Assembly (NCBI GenBank): GCA_031255835.1
Contig: JAIRRT010000117.1
Coordinates: 1-40,214, forward strand
Direction of reading: 5' to 3'
Length of the DNA stretch: 40,214 nucleotides
Source of the DNA: Bifidobacteriaceae bacterium
GTDB taxonomy: Bacteria > Actinomycetota > Actinomycetes > Actinomycetales > WQXJ01
Below, one piece after another: positions 19,701 to 26,106 of this stretch. The position numbers and the translations under genes are program-made. The notes below the pieces were generated by a model. The model had not been told where the DNA came from, did no database searches, and saw nothing but the letters and a program-made list of their open reading frames with translations. The first letter of the stretch is position 1. Every line of letters begins with the position of its first letter.

Positions 19701-22558
19701 ACGTTGCCCTGGTTGGTGATCTCGAAGGAGTAGTGGATCGGATCGCCTTGACGCACCGGGTTGTGCCACTCGGAGGTATCGGTGTCATACGTCAAAGCAA
19801 GGGTTGGTGTTTCAACACCGCGCTCGGCGTTGAAGATGGTGCACTGACCGGCGGCCTGCCAGGCAGCGTCACAGGTTGGGGGCTCGACATCGGAGATGTC
19901 AGGCGTGGCCCAACCCACAGAACCGATGGTGCTGTCGCCTTCCTCGCCAATCTCCAAAGTCCACGTCACCGTGGCGCTTTGGCCGGCAGTGAGTGGATAT
20001 GTCCAGGTGAGCAGACCTGTTTGCTGGTCGACTGTGGCCTGGCCCAAGCTGGCTGCAATCTGTCCAGTCAACGTGCCGTTGTCCAGCGCATCAGACAAGT
20101 CGACGATGACGGAAGCCGGCGCACTTTGGGTGAAGTCACCTGTGCCGGTGTTTTCGGCGGTGAAACTGAAGGTCAGGCTGTTGCCTTCAACTGGAAGAGG
20201 CTGGCCCTGGATGTCGGAGGTCAACTCCAAACGGGGCAGCGCGTTGCTCGCTTTGGCGCAGGCCTCACCGCTGGTCGAATCGTTGCCCTGAACCTGGCTG
20301 GTGCAGGTGGGCGTGACGGGCGCCGCTGGATCCTGCGGCTGGAAGGCGGTGTTCGTCATGTTGGTGTCGCCGCCTGGGCCGACCTTGCCGGAGTAGACAA
20401 TGTCGATTGATTCACCCGAAGCAAGCGCGCCGGTCCACTGCAAGCCCTTGCCGCCCTTGCTCAGCTCGCCAACCCCAGCAGGTTCGGTGACAGCGGTGGA
20501 CAGGACGGGGACGTCATCGTCGATGGCGGTTTGATCGTCATGGACTACGGCGGGGGAGTTTTCGGTGAAGTCGCCTTGGCCGGTGTTGGTGGCTGTCACG
20601 CGGTAGGTGACGTCCTGGCCAATCCGCAGATCAGTGGCCGGAGCCATTGTCTTTTCCAAGGTCAACATGGGCATGTCGAATCCGGTGGCACGGCAGGCGA
20701 CATCGTTCTGGTTCCAGACCTCCTCCTCGTCAATCTCGCACACAGGGGTGGGAACCGGCACTGCCTTTTCCAGCCAGGCAACAGTGTTGACCTCGCCGTC
20801 CCTGGCCGATGGCGGTGCTAGCGGCTTGACCGTGGCGGAGAAATCGGTGCTGAAACTGTCACCTGGGGCTGGGGGCACGAATGTCCAGTCGATCACCTTT
20901 GTGACCGGGTCATAGCTGCAGTCCTCGCCAGCGAAGTTGGTGCAGGCATCGAAGCCGTAGTCGGTGTCATCGATGATCTCGGACAGATCGGCGTGCACGG
21001 TGACTGTCTCGCCTTCCAGGGCGCTGCCGTGACCGATGTTGGTGACTGTCAAGGCGAAATCGGCCTGGTCACCGGACCGGAAATCCTGCGTGCCAGTGTT
21101 GGTGAAGTCCAGCCGCAGTCCCGGCAGGCTCAGGTGTGTGGGGTGGTCCTCCACCTCTCCGCCGAACACGAATCCAGTCGGCATGACAGCGTCAGCCTGG
21201 CTGCTGGCAATGCGCAAACGGGCATAAGTGAAGTTGTTGCCCAGGGCCTCGACGGAATCGTCCGGCACGTTCCAGCCCAGAGAGATCGTGGCAGATTCGC
21301 CCGCGTTGGCTGGGCATGCCACAGCGCCGGGGGTGACAGGTACGCCGTCGGGGGATGGTGGTCCAGATAGTTCTGTGGCATCGAAGGTTCCGTTCGAGTT
21401 GAAGTCGATCCAGCCGGCTACGTAGCCCGGTGCGGCGCACTCAATGCCCGGGACTGTGACGTGGCTGCCGATGAAGCCGCCTACCATCGGCGGGAAATCG
21501 ACGTCTTCATCGTCCTCGCCGTTGTCATCGTCAGCATCGGCGTTGGTGGAGTAGATGTAGGCGGCCTCGCCGTCCGTTGTGGCGCCGAGCCGAGTGGCGG
21601 GATTGTCCATTTCTGCCATGTCAACCTCGCCGGGAGTGGCCAGCGTGGTCCCAACGCCCAGGAGCCCACCGGTCCAACCAGGCTGGTAGATGGCGCCAGC
21701 CTGGCCGTAGGAGGCAGGGGCATCGCCCATGTCCACCGAGGTGACCACGCCCAGCGCTACAGCCGAGACGCCGCCGCCCTTGATCTCCACGTTCGCGGCA
21801 GTTGCACCCTCCATGAACGCAACAACCGTTGGGCCACCGCCCTGTCCGCATTCCTCGTCGTTGGGCCGCAGTATCAGCTTGTTGCTGCTGTCCAGCACCG
21901 CTTCTGTTGCTACGTCCTGGCAGGCTGAGTACGTGTCGAGAATGCGCCAGTTGACGCCAGTGCCATCTGGCGTTGCCGCCACGTACTCATTGGTGCTCTT
22001 GGAGGAGGATTCGGCATCGGCGATGACAAGGCCACCCACCTGGGCCGGGAGACCGCCGAACGTGACTGAGCAGGAGAACTTGAAGGAGGTCGTTGCGCTG
22101 CGAACCGCGTTGGCGATTCCCGCGATCAGCTCGTTGTCCTCACCTTCGCCGCCGACGTTGTACAGGTTGTCCAGGCCGTCGTTTCTCCATGTGCCTGGCT
22201 TGTAGGCCTTGATCCTGGGGATCTGCCCGGGGCTGGAGGAGGTGATGGAGCAGGTGGTGACGAGGGGGACGCCGCCTACGGTGCGGGTGTTGGTCACCGT
22301 CATGGGTGCTGTGAGGGTGGCATCGTGTGCGCCCCATTCGAACCAGTCGATCACCCCGGGGAACCGGCCGGAGCCTCCCGAGGCGAACTGGGCATCAGCT
22401 GGAGGTATGGATACCGAGTTCAACCCGACATATGTCAGGACCATACCTACGGACAAACTGGCCGCAAGTCCCCAGCGGATGCGGTGGCGTGTGCGCTGGA
22501 CCAAGCCCAGCCACTTATCGGAAGCGTGCGAAGAGCGAACACGGGACATACCTAGCAT
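7775..22558 (-). CDS. Giant (~4,930 aa) cell-wall-anchored fibrillar adhesin: CshA-NR2-like head, GEVED, DUF11-like domains, ~32 invasin/Big_1-type Ig repeats, sorting signal
   Basis: Uninterrupted 14.8-kb ORF; basic-then-hydrophobic signal peptide ending ADA; FASGGSGRF...IDWFEWG; GWIDFNSNGTFD...YARLRI...GGEVED; repeated V.V.D..GN.V.G..V.F units; P/T-rich linker, LSKTG, TM helix and KRRRDR tail. Start may be GTG 22597 or ATG 22558 (AAGGA SD). Confidence 0.9.
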   Translation of the reverse strand: MLGMSRVRSSHASDKWLGLVQRTRHRIRWGLAASLSVGMVLTYVGLNSVSIPPADAQFASGGSGRFPGVIDWFEWGAHDATLTAPMTVTNTRTVGGVPLVTTCSITSSSPGQIPRIKAYKPGTWRNDGLDNLYNVGGEGEDNELIAGIANAVRSATTSFKFSCSVTFGGLPAQVGGLVIADAESSSKSTNEYVAATPDGTGVNWRILDTYSACQDVATEAVLDSSNKLILRPNDEECGQGGGPTVVAFMEGATAANVEIKGGGVSAVALGVVTSVDMGDAPASYGQAGAIYQPGWTGGLLGVGTTLATPGEVDMAEMDNPATRLGATTDGEAAYIYSTNADADDDNGEDDEDVDFPPMVGGFIGSHVTVPGIECAAPGYVAGWIDFNSNGTFDATELSGPPSPDGVPVTPGAVACPANAGESATISLGWNVPDDSVEALGNNFTYARLRIASSQADAVMPTGFVFGGEVEDHPTHLSLPGLRLDFTNTGTQDFRSGDQADFALTVTNIGHGSALEGETVTVHADLSEIIDDTDYGFDACTNFAGEDCSYDPVTKVIDWTFVPPAPGDSFSTDFSATVKPLAPPSARDGEVNTVAWLEKAVPVPTPVCEIDEEEVWNQNDVACRATGFDMPMLTLEKTMAPATDLRIGQDVTYRVTATNTGQGDFTENSPAVVHDDQTAIDDDVPVLSTAVTEPAGVGELSKGGKGLQWTGALASGESIDIVYSGKVGPGGDTNMTNTAFQPQDPAAPVTPTCTSQVQGNDSTSGEACAKASNALPRLELTSDIQGQPLPVEGNSLTFSFTAENTGTGDFTQSAPASVIVDLSDALDNGTLTGQIAASLGQATVDQQTGLLTWTYPLTAGQSATVTWTLEIGEEGDSTIGSVGWATPDISDVEPPTCDAAWQAAGQCTIFNAERGVETPTLALTYDTDTSEWHNPVRQGDPIHYSFEITNQGNVTLNGVTPVSIDGRLANIVTGQWPDPTHPGRLLPGQSVTASATYVVTGANIVAGHATVAVRADATDPKGVAVSSADESIRVELSGLEGVSKATFEILTKTPLPADGLTPHQVRVELADAGGKAITGVEDDLVVAVDPSTAQITITETSTPGTYLAEIVSIKAGTYTVSGYLPGHATLTKVGALDTIVFAPTDPATITLTSATAGQVLPPGGTGVHKATVTVLDINDNPVPGVAVTFTVQPGGIVVSDPLRPSASGSAAATSVTGAEGTFTIEMTSPVIDTAIVTASANGQAIWEEGTTNPVRLELRFDYLVIPCTDPAMSNYSVTPNGPKVVGTTPFELRVHLETCEGEVMMGQADFLGGAAIGRSGEGDAVVSGFVPDPQQRGEYTATINSTAAGIKDLTILWSRADAPVGPQQIAPEPINGRDWVEFVPGDPSIPDGRSVFAVSRFDNQPVLTGRQLVYLHLEDGYGNTITDPAVVAKVQARALAGDATVGQFSASSNPPDGFEFEAEVSSAIAGSHLIGAYYTPAVGQAEQTLQAADGGQANRYANFVHGAASCAAIVVDPTGPQTAGSTFAAMVTVTDGAWNGQVCLGNKVSGADVELTANQVGGTGAATVTPSGALTTGSGGTAAFSVSSTKAGTFLVEATFTGQNGRGTANGSREIVFTPGEPHPTLSVLSLEGEGARTADGDATHAVKITLKDINLNPVPDWPVRFELFDPVYVAGQGPGQDATATTGPDGTATVYVRSLTPVLASPVHGYYTPSDGTSDVKLLDPETSEPQTVYLRFVPGTVDPKGSAFEVETRHQDPIPVVGVGEHRVVVVLNDEGGRPAQVDLALLGGRITIANKLDAPLTGWTKDLNDPTGAKYFTRVTSTVAGMATVRVTYADSDVSKALSQGPLDSDQAPFAAGPVHPDHSGFSVTKTPRVLADGEACQTATVTLADSYDNPITVDPALLDGSADPALVHTFAQTSEGTYQACITSTKSGSHAVQVVLDQPQPITIPGAVDASKATFVAGQAVPGKSTLTVTPQNPRVGDTVAATVTVRDKYDNLVPNQVVKLWLDPFAVPSIGGGVGFLTQTSGPVDSLVNPGQAQFTFTSTKVNTHNVHATLALPDEPPVKYSPTPVEFSAGDLASITLERLTAETAYVNSTPHQVKATLQDQFGNPIIGQSVNFSVSGLETAQMSPVNGAVDTLNDGTATIAVSSQRVGTASLTATVRGSTAQPVPSQIPLHFDVTEIDPEESEFWLSTGDRVANGSTAPANAHEVFVRLRDSFGTPIEDPNVARSISVRIVGPKGSATIGEFSPSSQVAGVFTALATSTVADTMTVTVNVNGTVPPRAGNTLTWVAGQVNLEHSSYAVATESVLADDESEVSVVVTLRDAHDNEVPGRAGDLKGSASPATVSGFTGQPNSGVYTAGVRSALAKSFPVVIDLFGSSSGTIKPGPANDIANFHAGPPAGTSELTIITQGPRAVTSEFHIAEVVVRDAKGNELRSSPVTFSVAGARPWEGTRWTATSDSNGIARFSFTADQEGTYPVHATVVGGDGAPIAVKNSGLTVEFVYGAISEIKSKFEVSQWTDVIADEAPEHFQEVTVWLYTEAGVGIAGRAGDIQAVVARPGAYLVDLDGNTPGTQQFIAKPNSPPGVYVGQIRSSVAGAFPISVTAVGKALEPTDPARDTAHFVAGPAVPGDSELSVDRLTQVAGGEIKATIKVFDARGNKVSNQIVLVRTSPIDAINPDGGTLPFLRVQTKANGEATATLSTKVAGTYTVYAELADGTAVSGTPVKKSGEIEVEFTHDAPSPTASILTGSSGQVLSNRVDEHWAKVKVMDQYGNAIDGVPVSFHLENPTGQAPIGKLVDGYSATPTSVNGGFAEVRYVGDFALGTTIVTARIGNQAVTNASADGSPAKLTWEWVPSIYSPEKSYYTVTPEAREASGNDPHTITIYLLDEKEAPVVGAAESLTVTAVPAPGSPARPDGTALTMPLNPTEVDKGVYEVSATSTYAATFNITAVHSSGGTIRPDPSNTPPRSSMQFVPGSPSETTSYFEVTTSPPDRKADGSAAHTLTAVVRDAKGNGVTGLNMAASDTANTPLLSVGTFTPGAAGQYTAPIRSEVAGTFTMTATATDGASAPVTLSSGQRNNLAVFVPGDACGQNSQLTATPVPALGDTKVVAGRGAWELRVIVRDCSAGRNPVNGQTVTFETVPDVVPALSPATAISAGGGVATLMVSSEKALTYLASAKVNGQAVTGSPTEIEFVAGAPDQLASTLTGTENERKVANNQAFHVATVTVNDIYGNAIAGQMVTISVADIGRISLVSPAGQITSGGTVAQATTNADGEVVVHIVSNAEAGFARVTAKIGDYTTGLPILSRPGVPASLALEFVPDLLDYRASYYSVSDGTRIAGVETHTVRVRTLDQLGTPVPLDDPAKELAGFAGPDATVVRWRIDPDSAEQATYIADIVSQKAGTYPVRVEVGGTELRPASGSTQTPTVTFVAGPASAINYWVSQTLGIRANNSDYQTVFITVADAFGNVREGDASRITATGEYSSIEDPEWDGDQYSAAIRSAKAGSHLVSVKFDGTDVRTSLNRRAVFVAGTPDAGKSELSVTTGSRRVKDESHTATVHVTDHDGNPVENQDVTVWTVPDTVPDSMQTVLTTDKEGLASIEFTTEKAGTYHVFAAFGTTRDGQQLRWSGERTVVFRATDISWTKTTLEATTTEKLVNNPADPHEATVKVRDRFDNPVTIDTSVQFALSGLPEASLSNSGLLPVNGDGAAKVTITSTKLGTARLTARVNGISVQNPPYFDLVFIHSNVSPADSSYSVTSGDRIANGEDSHELTVDLVDVNGAKVNGAAEQISVRLDANSPKAGPASIGRFTAVDGVDGRYVAEITSRSAATYAITVRVGDVIPPATGSPTSVRFVPGELADDGATFSVSTGIRIANGNSTGYDFHEVTVTLLDGTGNGMTGQKDFLHAEAPPFDIGDFEEDPIENPGVYVARITSTVAAARNVAVSFKGTVALTPGPSGSRVRFDAGPVSAERSTLEAITTVPMKVMAEEHHVRVTAMDKDGNWVQGATVMFSTVPAITDPAWQGVAPTNDKGEADLYFTSRVPGTYTVHATILGLDGVTQTVPRGSGEVQVEFITGPPALGTSWFTVTDDASVKANGRDSQTLSVFLADASGVGVPGLADADLQGTGIDDLLHMRLDKNGPVFGVFVEDSAKPGLYLAPITSTVAGTFKVGVDLAQSNGTALPLGLQVPSGKDTTLFGSDQADPTNSSLSVNPTQQEVTKMVTITATVKDRGGNAVVGQTVRFWVVDSDGNPVEFSPDQLAREPRTVEGGIASTDFTTTVAGTYWVHAALIDLPGSTGPVPLPESGDLSVEFTALQQADMDLSVLTGTDNERRVVGGADPEGIHTALVTVVDASPAHNPLIGLGVDFRRNGTSIGGDPIQTDANGQAMLRFTSDVAGDVELSARIADPAQPSRWIAVPARPAGTSRTTTHLVFGFDPGPWDEGRSSFEVSRGDKVADGVAAHTVTVTVRDAYGNGVPGMASQLSASADPAEGVVIGSFAAVNPARVPSDGLYRASIVSTRPGVKQIAVELASVTINPASGANSQAVFTHRPASLATSLIEIQAPRVLLANGNDAMPDSTIAIVTVMDDAGQPLGEYGAGLTIALSSNLPGMRWASLSGIFDTMTDNGDGTYSARLTSTQVGTATVRFSIGGARADSSDQVRFTEPPVPPTVEPNDGTQVPGQGLPGNTVTVVTEDGEPVGETSVSPDGTWKLKPPVPLEEGTMIVVTQTDDDGNVSDQVLWRVGQPRITVDQPELHHGEDQTVRVVNFQPGETVHAIVHSTPLDLGTAVAGPAGNAVFTFKVPAEFELGAHKADATGPLSGKAGPADFDVIEAVQPSPSPTISVTPTPVSTVVVPTHVASPVPGPTETVTVTAPGDPVLQPTLSKTGLTSGAIPAAGTALGLLLTGLVLLITKRRRDRQMH

Positions 22559-22661
22559 CGGATTGATCCTTCGGGTAGGAATCTTCGGAAGCGTCACCCG
22601 TGTAACAGACTGGTCTGATAGAGCGACCGTCTAGTTTTACGACATCCATATGTGTGCCGGC

Positions 22662-22714
22662 AATATAGGTCTTCGGACCTTTGCTGACAGCGCAATTTGT
22701 TCGCTAACAGCGAA
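22662..22714 (-). promoter_or_regulatory. Candidate promoter/operator region of the adhesin gene
   Basis: TATATT -10 candidate (22667-22662); palindrome AGGTC-ttcg-GACCT (22667-22680); GCTRACAGCG twice at a 20-bp period (22683, 22703). Confidence 0.4.
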
Positions 22715-22774
22715 ATCGGCGTGCTGGACCGCCCAGACTGCGGTAGGAGAGAGGGCTGGTGTGCACGGCCTATG

Positions 22775-23479
22775 TCAGATTCTCTGAACCATTTCCCCTA
22801 GTGAACGGCGGGTCATGGGGCGGCGAGGCTCCTCGAGCCGGTACCCCAGAGCCACCATCACCGCCAGGCGTTCATTGTCCGGATCGATTGCACCGGCCTC
22901 GGTGAGCACGGCGTCGGCTTCGCTGTAGACCATTCCCTCTAGAGCGCACGAGTCGATGCCTACCAAAGCGGCAGCAGTCATGATGTTTCCGAGCACGATG
23001 TAAGCTTGACGGCCAGCCCAATCGAAGATCGCGCGGTCATTTCCCCAGACTCCATAGCGTGAGGTCAAGAAACCACGGAAACGGACCTGCCACTCAGCAA
23101 ATGCAGTTGGCGGCATTTCCTTTATGTCCAATTCCATATGGCGGACAAAATCCGAATCTGGCATGACGGCGGCGGAGGTCATCGCTGTCAGCGCAAACAG
23201 GTGCGAGGCATCGACCATCTGTGCGGCCACACCGCCTGCTCGTTCCACCAGGTCGAGCCGGACCTTGCGGTCCTCGATCACCAGCAGCCGGAATGGTTCC
23301 AGCCCGTGCGATGTTGGTGAGAGCCGGGCTGCCTCCAACAGATAGTCGACATCGGCCGGAGCGATGGTCCGGGACGGATCGAAAGCCTTGATCGCCCTGC
23401 GGAATCTGAACGCGTCCAACACCATTTGGCGGGCGTGGGCGCGGGAATCGAAATCGGCTGGCGTCGGGTGCTGGCTCAT
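22775..23479 (-). CDS. NAD(P)H-dependent nitroreductase (NfsB/YfkO-like)
   Basis: FRRAIKAFD, ARLSPTSHGLEP, DWAGRQAYIVLGN..TAAA.VGIDSC.LEG, VALGYR; TACAGT -10 lies 7 nt before ATG 23479. Confidence 0.9.
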   Translation of the reverse strand: MSQHPTPADFDSRAHARQMVLDAFRFRRAIKAFDPSRTIAPADVDYLLEAARLSPTSHGLEPFRLLVIEDRKVRLDLVERAGGVAAQMVDASHLFALTAMTSAAVMPDSDFVRHMELDIKEMPPTAFAEWQVRFRGFLTSRYGVWGNDRAIFDWAGRQAYIVLGNIMTAAALVGIDSCALEGMVYSEADAVLTEAGAIDPDNERLAVMVALGYRLEEPRRPMTRRSLGEMVQRI

Positions 23480-23558
23480 GGTCGCCACTGTACCGCTCGC
23501 GCCCGCAGGATTTGTGCTCCGCCGAGCACGGCTCTGCCAGGCGCCGGCCGCAAGCCCT

Positions 23559-24803
23559 CTAAGCGCCCGTCAGGGTCTGGTACAGCAACGTGACGTTCAA
23601 AGCGACGATGGCGCCTGTCACCACCCATGAGACCACCACCGTGGCCGGCCGGTTGACCTCTGAGCCCATCAGTCCACGCCGACTTGTCAAGACGACCAGC
23701 GGCACCAAAGCGAACGGGATGCCGAAGGACAAAATCACCTGACTGATGACCAGAGCCCACGTGGGTGAACTGCCGAGCGCAAGCACAATCAGCGCTGGCA
23801 CCGCCGTCACAGCGCGGCGAACAAGCAAGGGCAGCCGGACCATCAACAGCCCCTCCATCACCTCTGATCCTGCGTAGCAACCCACCGAGGTGGAGGCCAG
23901 CCCAGAAGCCAGCAGTCCAATGGCGAACACCATCCCGATTCCAGGCCCAAGAGTCTGCACGATGACGGAATGGGCCCCCTCGATGGAGTCTGTACCGGAC
24001 GCTCCAGGCAGGCTGGCAGCGGCCAACACCAACATCGCAATGTTCACCCCGCCAGCCAGGAGCAGGGCGATCACCACATCCCAGCGGGTCGCCTTGAGCA
24101 GATGACTCCTGAGGGCTGGACCTTGGACTGGACCGTGCCTGTCCCGGGTCAACGAGGAGTGCAGGTAGACGGCATGCGGCATGACCGTTGCCCCCAGCAT
24201 CGATGCCGCCAACAGGACCGAATCTGGGCCGGCAAAACTCGGGACTAGGCCGCTGGCCAGCCCGGACGGGGAGACAGGTGAGACGAACAGTCCAGCCAGG
24301 AACCCGCCAGTGATCACCACAAGCAGCCCTGTGACAACGAACTCGAACGTCCGCTGGCCGCGACGCGATTGGACCGCCAACAGACCCATCGACCCAGCTG
24401 CCGTCACAATCCCTCCCACTATCAGCGGCAGGCCGAACAGCAGATGCAAAGCAAGCGCGCCACCAACCACCTCGGCGATGTCCGTGGCCACCGCCACCGC
24501 CTCAGCTTGAACCCAAAACGCCAGCCTGGCAGGCCGTGAGGTGTGGTCCGCAATCAGCTGTGGCAAAGACCGGCCTGTGACAATCCCAAGCTTGGCTGAC
24601 AGGTATTGGACAAGGCACGCCATCAGGTTGGCAAGGACCAGCACCCAGATCAGCCGGTAGCCGTAGCGTGAGCCAGCGCTCAGGTTGGCGGCCACGTTCC
24701 CTGGGTCCACGTACGCCACGGCCGCCACGAAGGCCGGACCCAGCAGGTGCCAAACACGCTGCGTCGGGTGGGGCGATTGTGCTGCGGACAGGTCGCGACC
24801 CAC
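23559..24803 (-). CDS. mntH: Nramp-family divalent metal (Mn2+) transporter
   Basis: AYVDPGN and GATVMPHAVYLHS metal-binding motifs, SQVILSFGIPF, about 11 hydrophobic segments. Confidence 0.95.
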   Translation of the reverse strand: MGRDLSAAQSPHPTQRVWHLLGPAFVAAVAYVDPGNVAANLSAGSRYGYRLIWVLVLANLMACLVQYLSAKLGIVTGRSLPQLIADHTSRPARLAFWVQAEAVAVATDIAEVVGGALALHLLFGLPLIVGGIVTAAGSMGLLAVQSRRGQRTFEFVVTGLLVVITGGFLAGLFVSPVSPSGLASGLVPSFAGPDSVLLAASMLGATVMPHAVYLHSSLTRDRHGPVQGPALRSHLLKATRWDVVIALLLAGGVNIAMLVLAAASLPGASGTDSIEGAHSVIVQTLGPGIGMVFAIGLLASGLASTSVGCYAGSEVMEGLLMVRLPLLVRRAVTAVPALIVLALGSSPTWALVISQVILSFGIPFALVPLVVLTSRRGLMGSEVNRPATVVVSWVVTGAIVALNVTLLYQTLTGA

Positions 24804-24850
24804 TGATCAGCCCCTTTACGCCAGCAGTTGGAACAACTTGGACTCCAACC

Positions 24851-25789
24851 CTAACGGGGCGTAGGGGGCGGAAGTGAGGAAAGAGGGATGGTGTTTTGCG
24901 GCACCTGACCATGCGCCATCGTGCGCATGTTGGAGCCCATCACTTCGATGATTCGGCCGAAGGAACCGGCCGCAAAACCGCCAACGTGCGGGGTCAGGAT
25001 CAGGTTGGGGGAGTCCCAGAGGGGGTGATCGGCCGGGAGGGGTTCAGGATCGGTCACGTCGATCCCTGCGCTGATGCGGCCACGGGCCAGCTCGGCCACC
25101 AAAGCGTCAGTGTCCACCATCCCGCCGCGCCCCACGTTGATGAAGAGGGAGCCATCCGGCATGGCCGCCAAGAGGTCGGCGTCGACAAACCGGTGCAGTT
25201 CAGGGCTCATAGGCAGGGCAACCACCACCGCGTAGGCGTCCGGCAGCCAGCTGGGCAGGTCGCTCAGCGCTTGGACTCCTGGGCGGGCTGTCCGGCCGAA
25301 CAGCACCGGCTCGGCCTCCATGGCGCTGAGAATCCGGCCAATCCGGCTCCCCATGTCTCCGGCCCCCAACACGAGCACCTTTTTGTGCTGCATGGAACCT
25401 GTGACGCCGTATATCCACTGGTGGCGCCGGCGGCCGGCCTCGAACAGCTCGAGTTTCTTGTTGTGGGCAAGGATCATGGTGACGGCCATCTCGGCAGTCG
25501 ATCCGCCGTGGGCGCCGCGGGCGTTGACAATCGAGACACCCTCGTAGCGTTGGGCCACGTGGTCATAGCCGGCGCTGGTCATGAAGATCGCCTCGAGGGT
25601 GTCAATGGAGTCGAAGAACGGCTTCAGGTCCCGCCACTGGGTGGCCTCGGACACGATGGCGCGGGCTCCGATGGCTTCTGGGGGCGGGTTTTGACCGACG
25701 GTGATCACCACCGGATCGAGTTCAGGGAACTTGCCGAGTTCGACAGCGAACCGTTGACGCGGCACGAGGACCTTCAATCTCGCGGGCAT
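24851..25789 (-). CDS. D-isomer-specific 2-hydroxyacid dehydrogenase
   Basis: VLVLGAGDMG Rossmann motif, INVGRGG, DVTDPEPLP, TPHVGG (Arg/Glu/His triad). Confidence 0.92.
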   Translation of the reverse strand: MPARLKVLVPRQRFAVELGKFPELDPVVITVGQNPPPEAIGARAIVSEATQWRDLKPFFDSIDTLEAIFMTSAGYDHVAQRYEGVSIVNARGAHGGSTAEMAVTMILAHNKKLELFEAGRRRHQWIYGVTGSMQHKKVLVLGAGDMGSRIGRILSAMEAEPVLFGRTARPGVQALSDLPSWLPDAYAVVVALPMSPELHRFVDADLLAAMPDGSLFINVGRGGMVDTDALVAELARGRISAGIDVTDPEPLPADHPLWDSPNLILTPHVGGFAAGSFGRIIEVMGSNMRTMAHGQVPQNTIPLSSLPPPTPR

Positions 25790-25878
25790 GGGCTACCTTT
25801 CCGTATCATTCGACGACGGGGCGAATGGTACCGAGCCAGCGGTTGCGCTGCCTTGACGGCCCGGAAGGAGACGATGGC

Positions 25879-26106
25879 GTGGATGAACCTTGCCGGGATG
25901 AGATCTGCCTGACATGCCGCGATGACGCCCGCCCAGGGCAGGTTCTGACCCCGCCTGGCGATGCTTGGCAGTTGGCACAGGTCAGGACGGACACAGGGGT
26001 GGAAGAGGTGGATGTCTCCCTTGTTGGCGAGGTTGTTCCAGGTGACAGGGTCTTGGTCCACGCTGGCACTGCCATCGGACGGCTGGAACAGGGGGGCGAG
26101 GTATGA
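25879..26106 (+). CDS. HypC/HybG/HupF-family chaperone paralog
   Basis: EEVDVSLVGEVVPGDRVLVHAGTAI matches the HypC OB-fold; CLTC..D replaces the N-terminal MC; AAGGAG SD 8 nt before GTG 25879; ATGA-coupled to hypE. Confidence 0.8.
   Translation: MDEPCRDEICLTCRDDARPGQVLTPPGDAWQLAQVRTDTGVEEVDVSLVGEVVPGDRVLVHAGTAIGRLEQGGEV

Noticed and set aside
7778-22634. Dozens of short ORFs overlapping the giant gene
   Set aside because: Alternate-frame or antisense by-products of one continuous ORF with coherent domain periodicity.
22598-22774. Riboswitch or sRNA upstream of the adhesin
   Set aside because: The C(UUCG)G hairpin is on the strand opposite the gene and I recognise no aptamer consensus; an Rfam scan would settle it.
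23559-24803. mntH as the nickel importer for the hyp genes
   Set aside because: Canonical DPGN and MPH motifs indicate an Mn/Fe Nramp; only proximity suggests a link.
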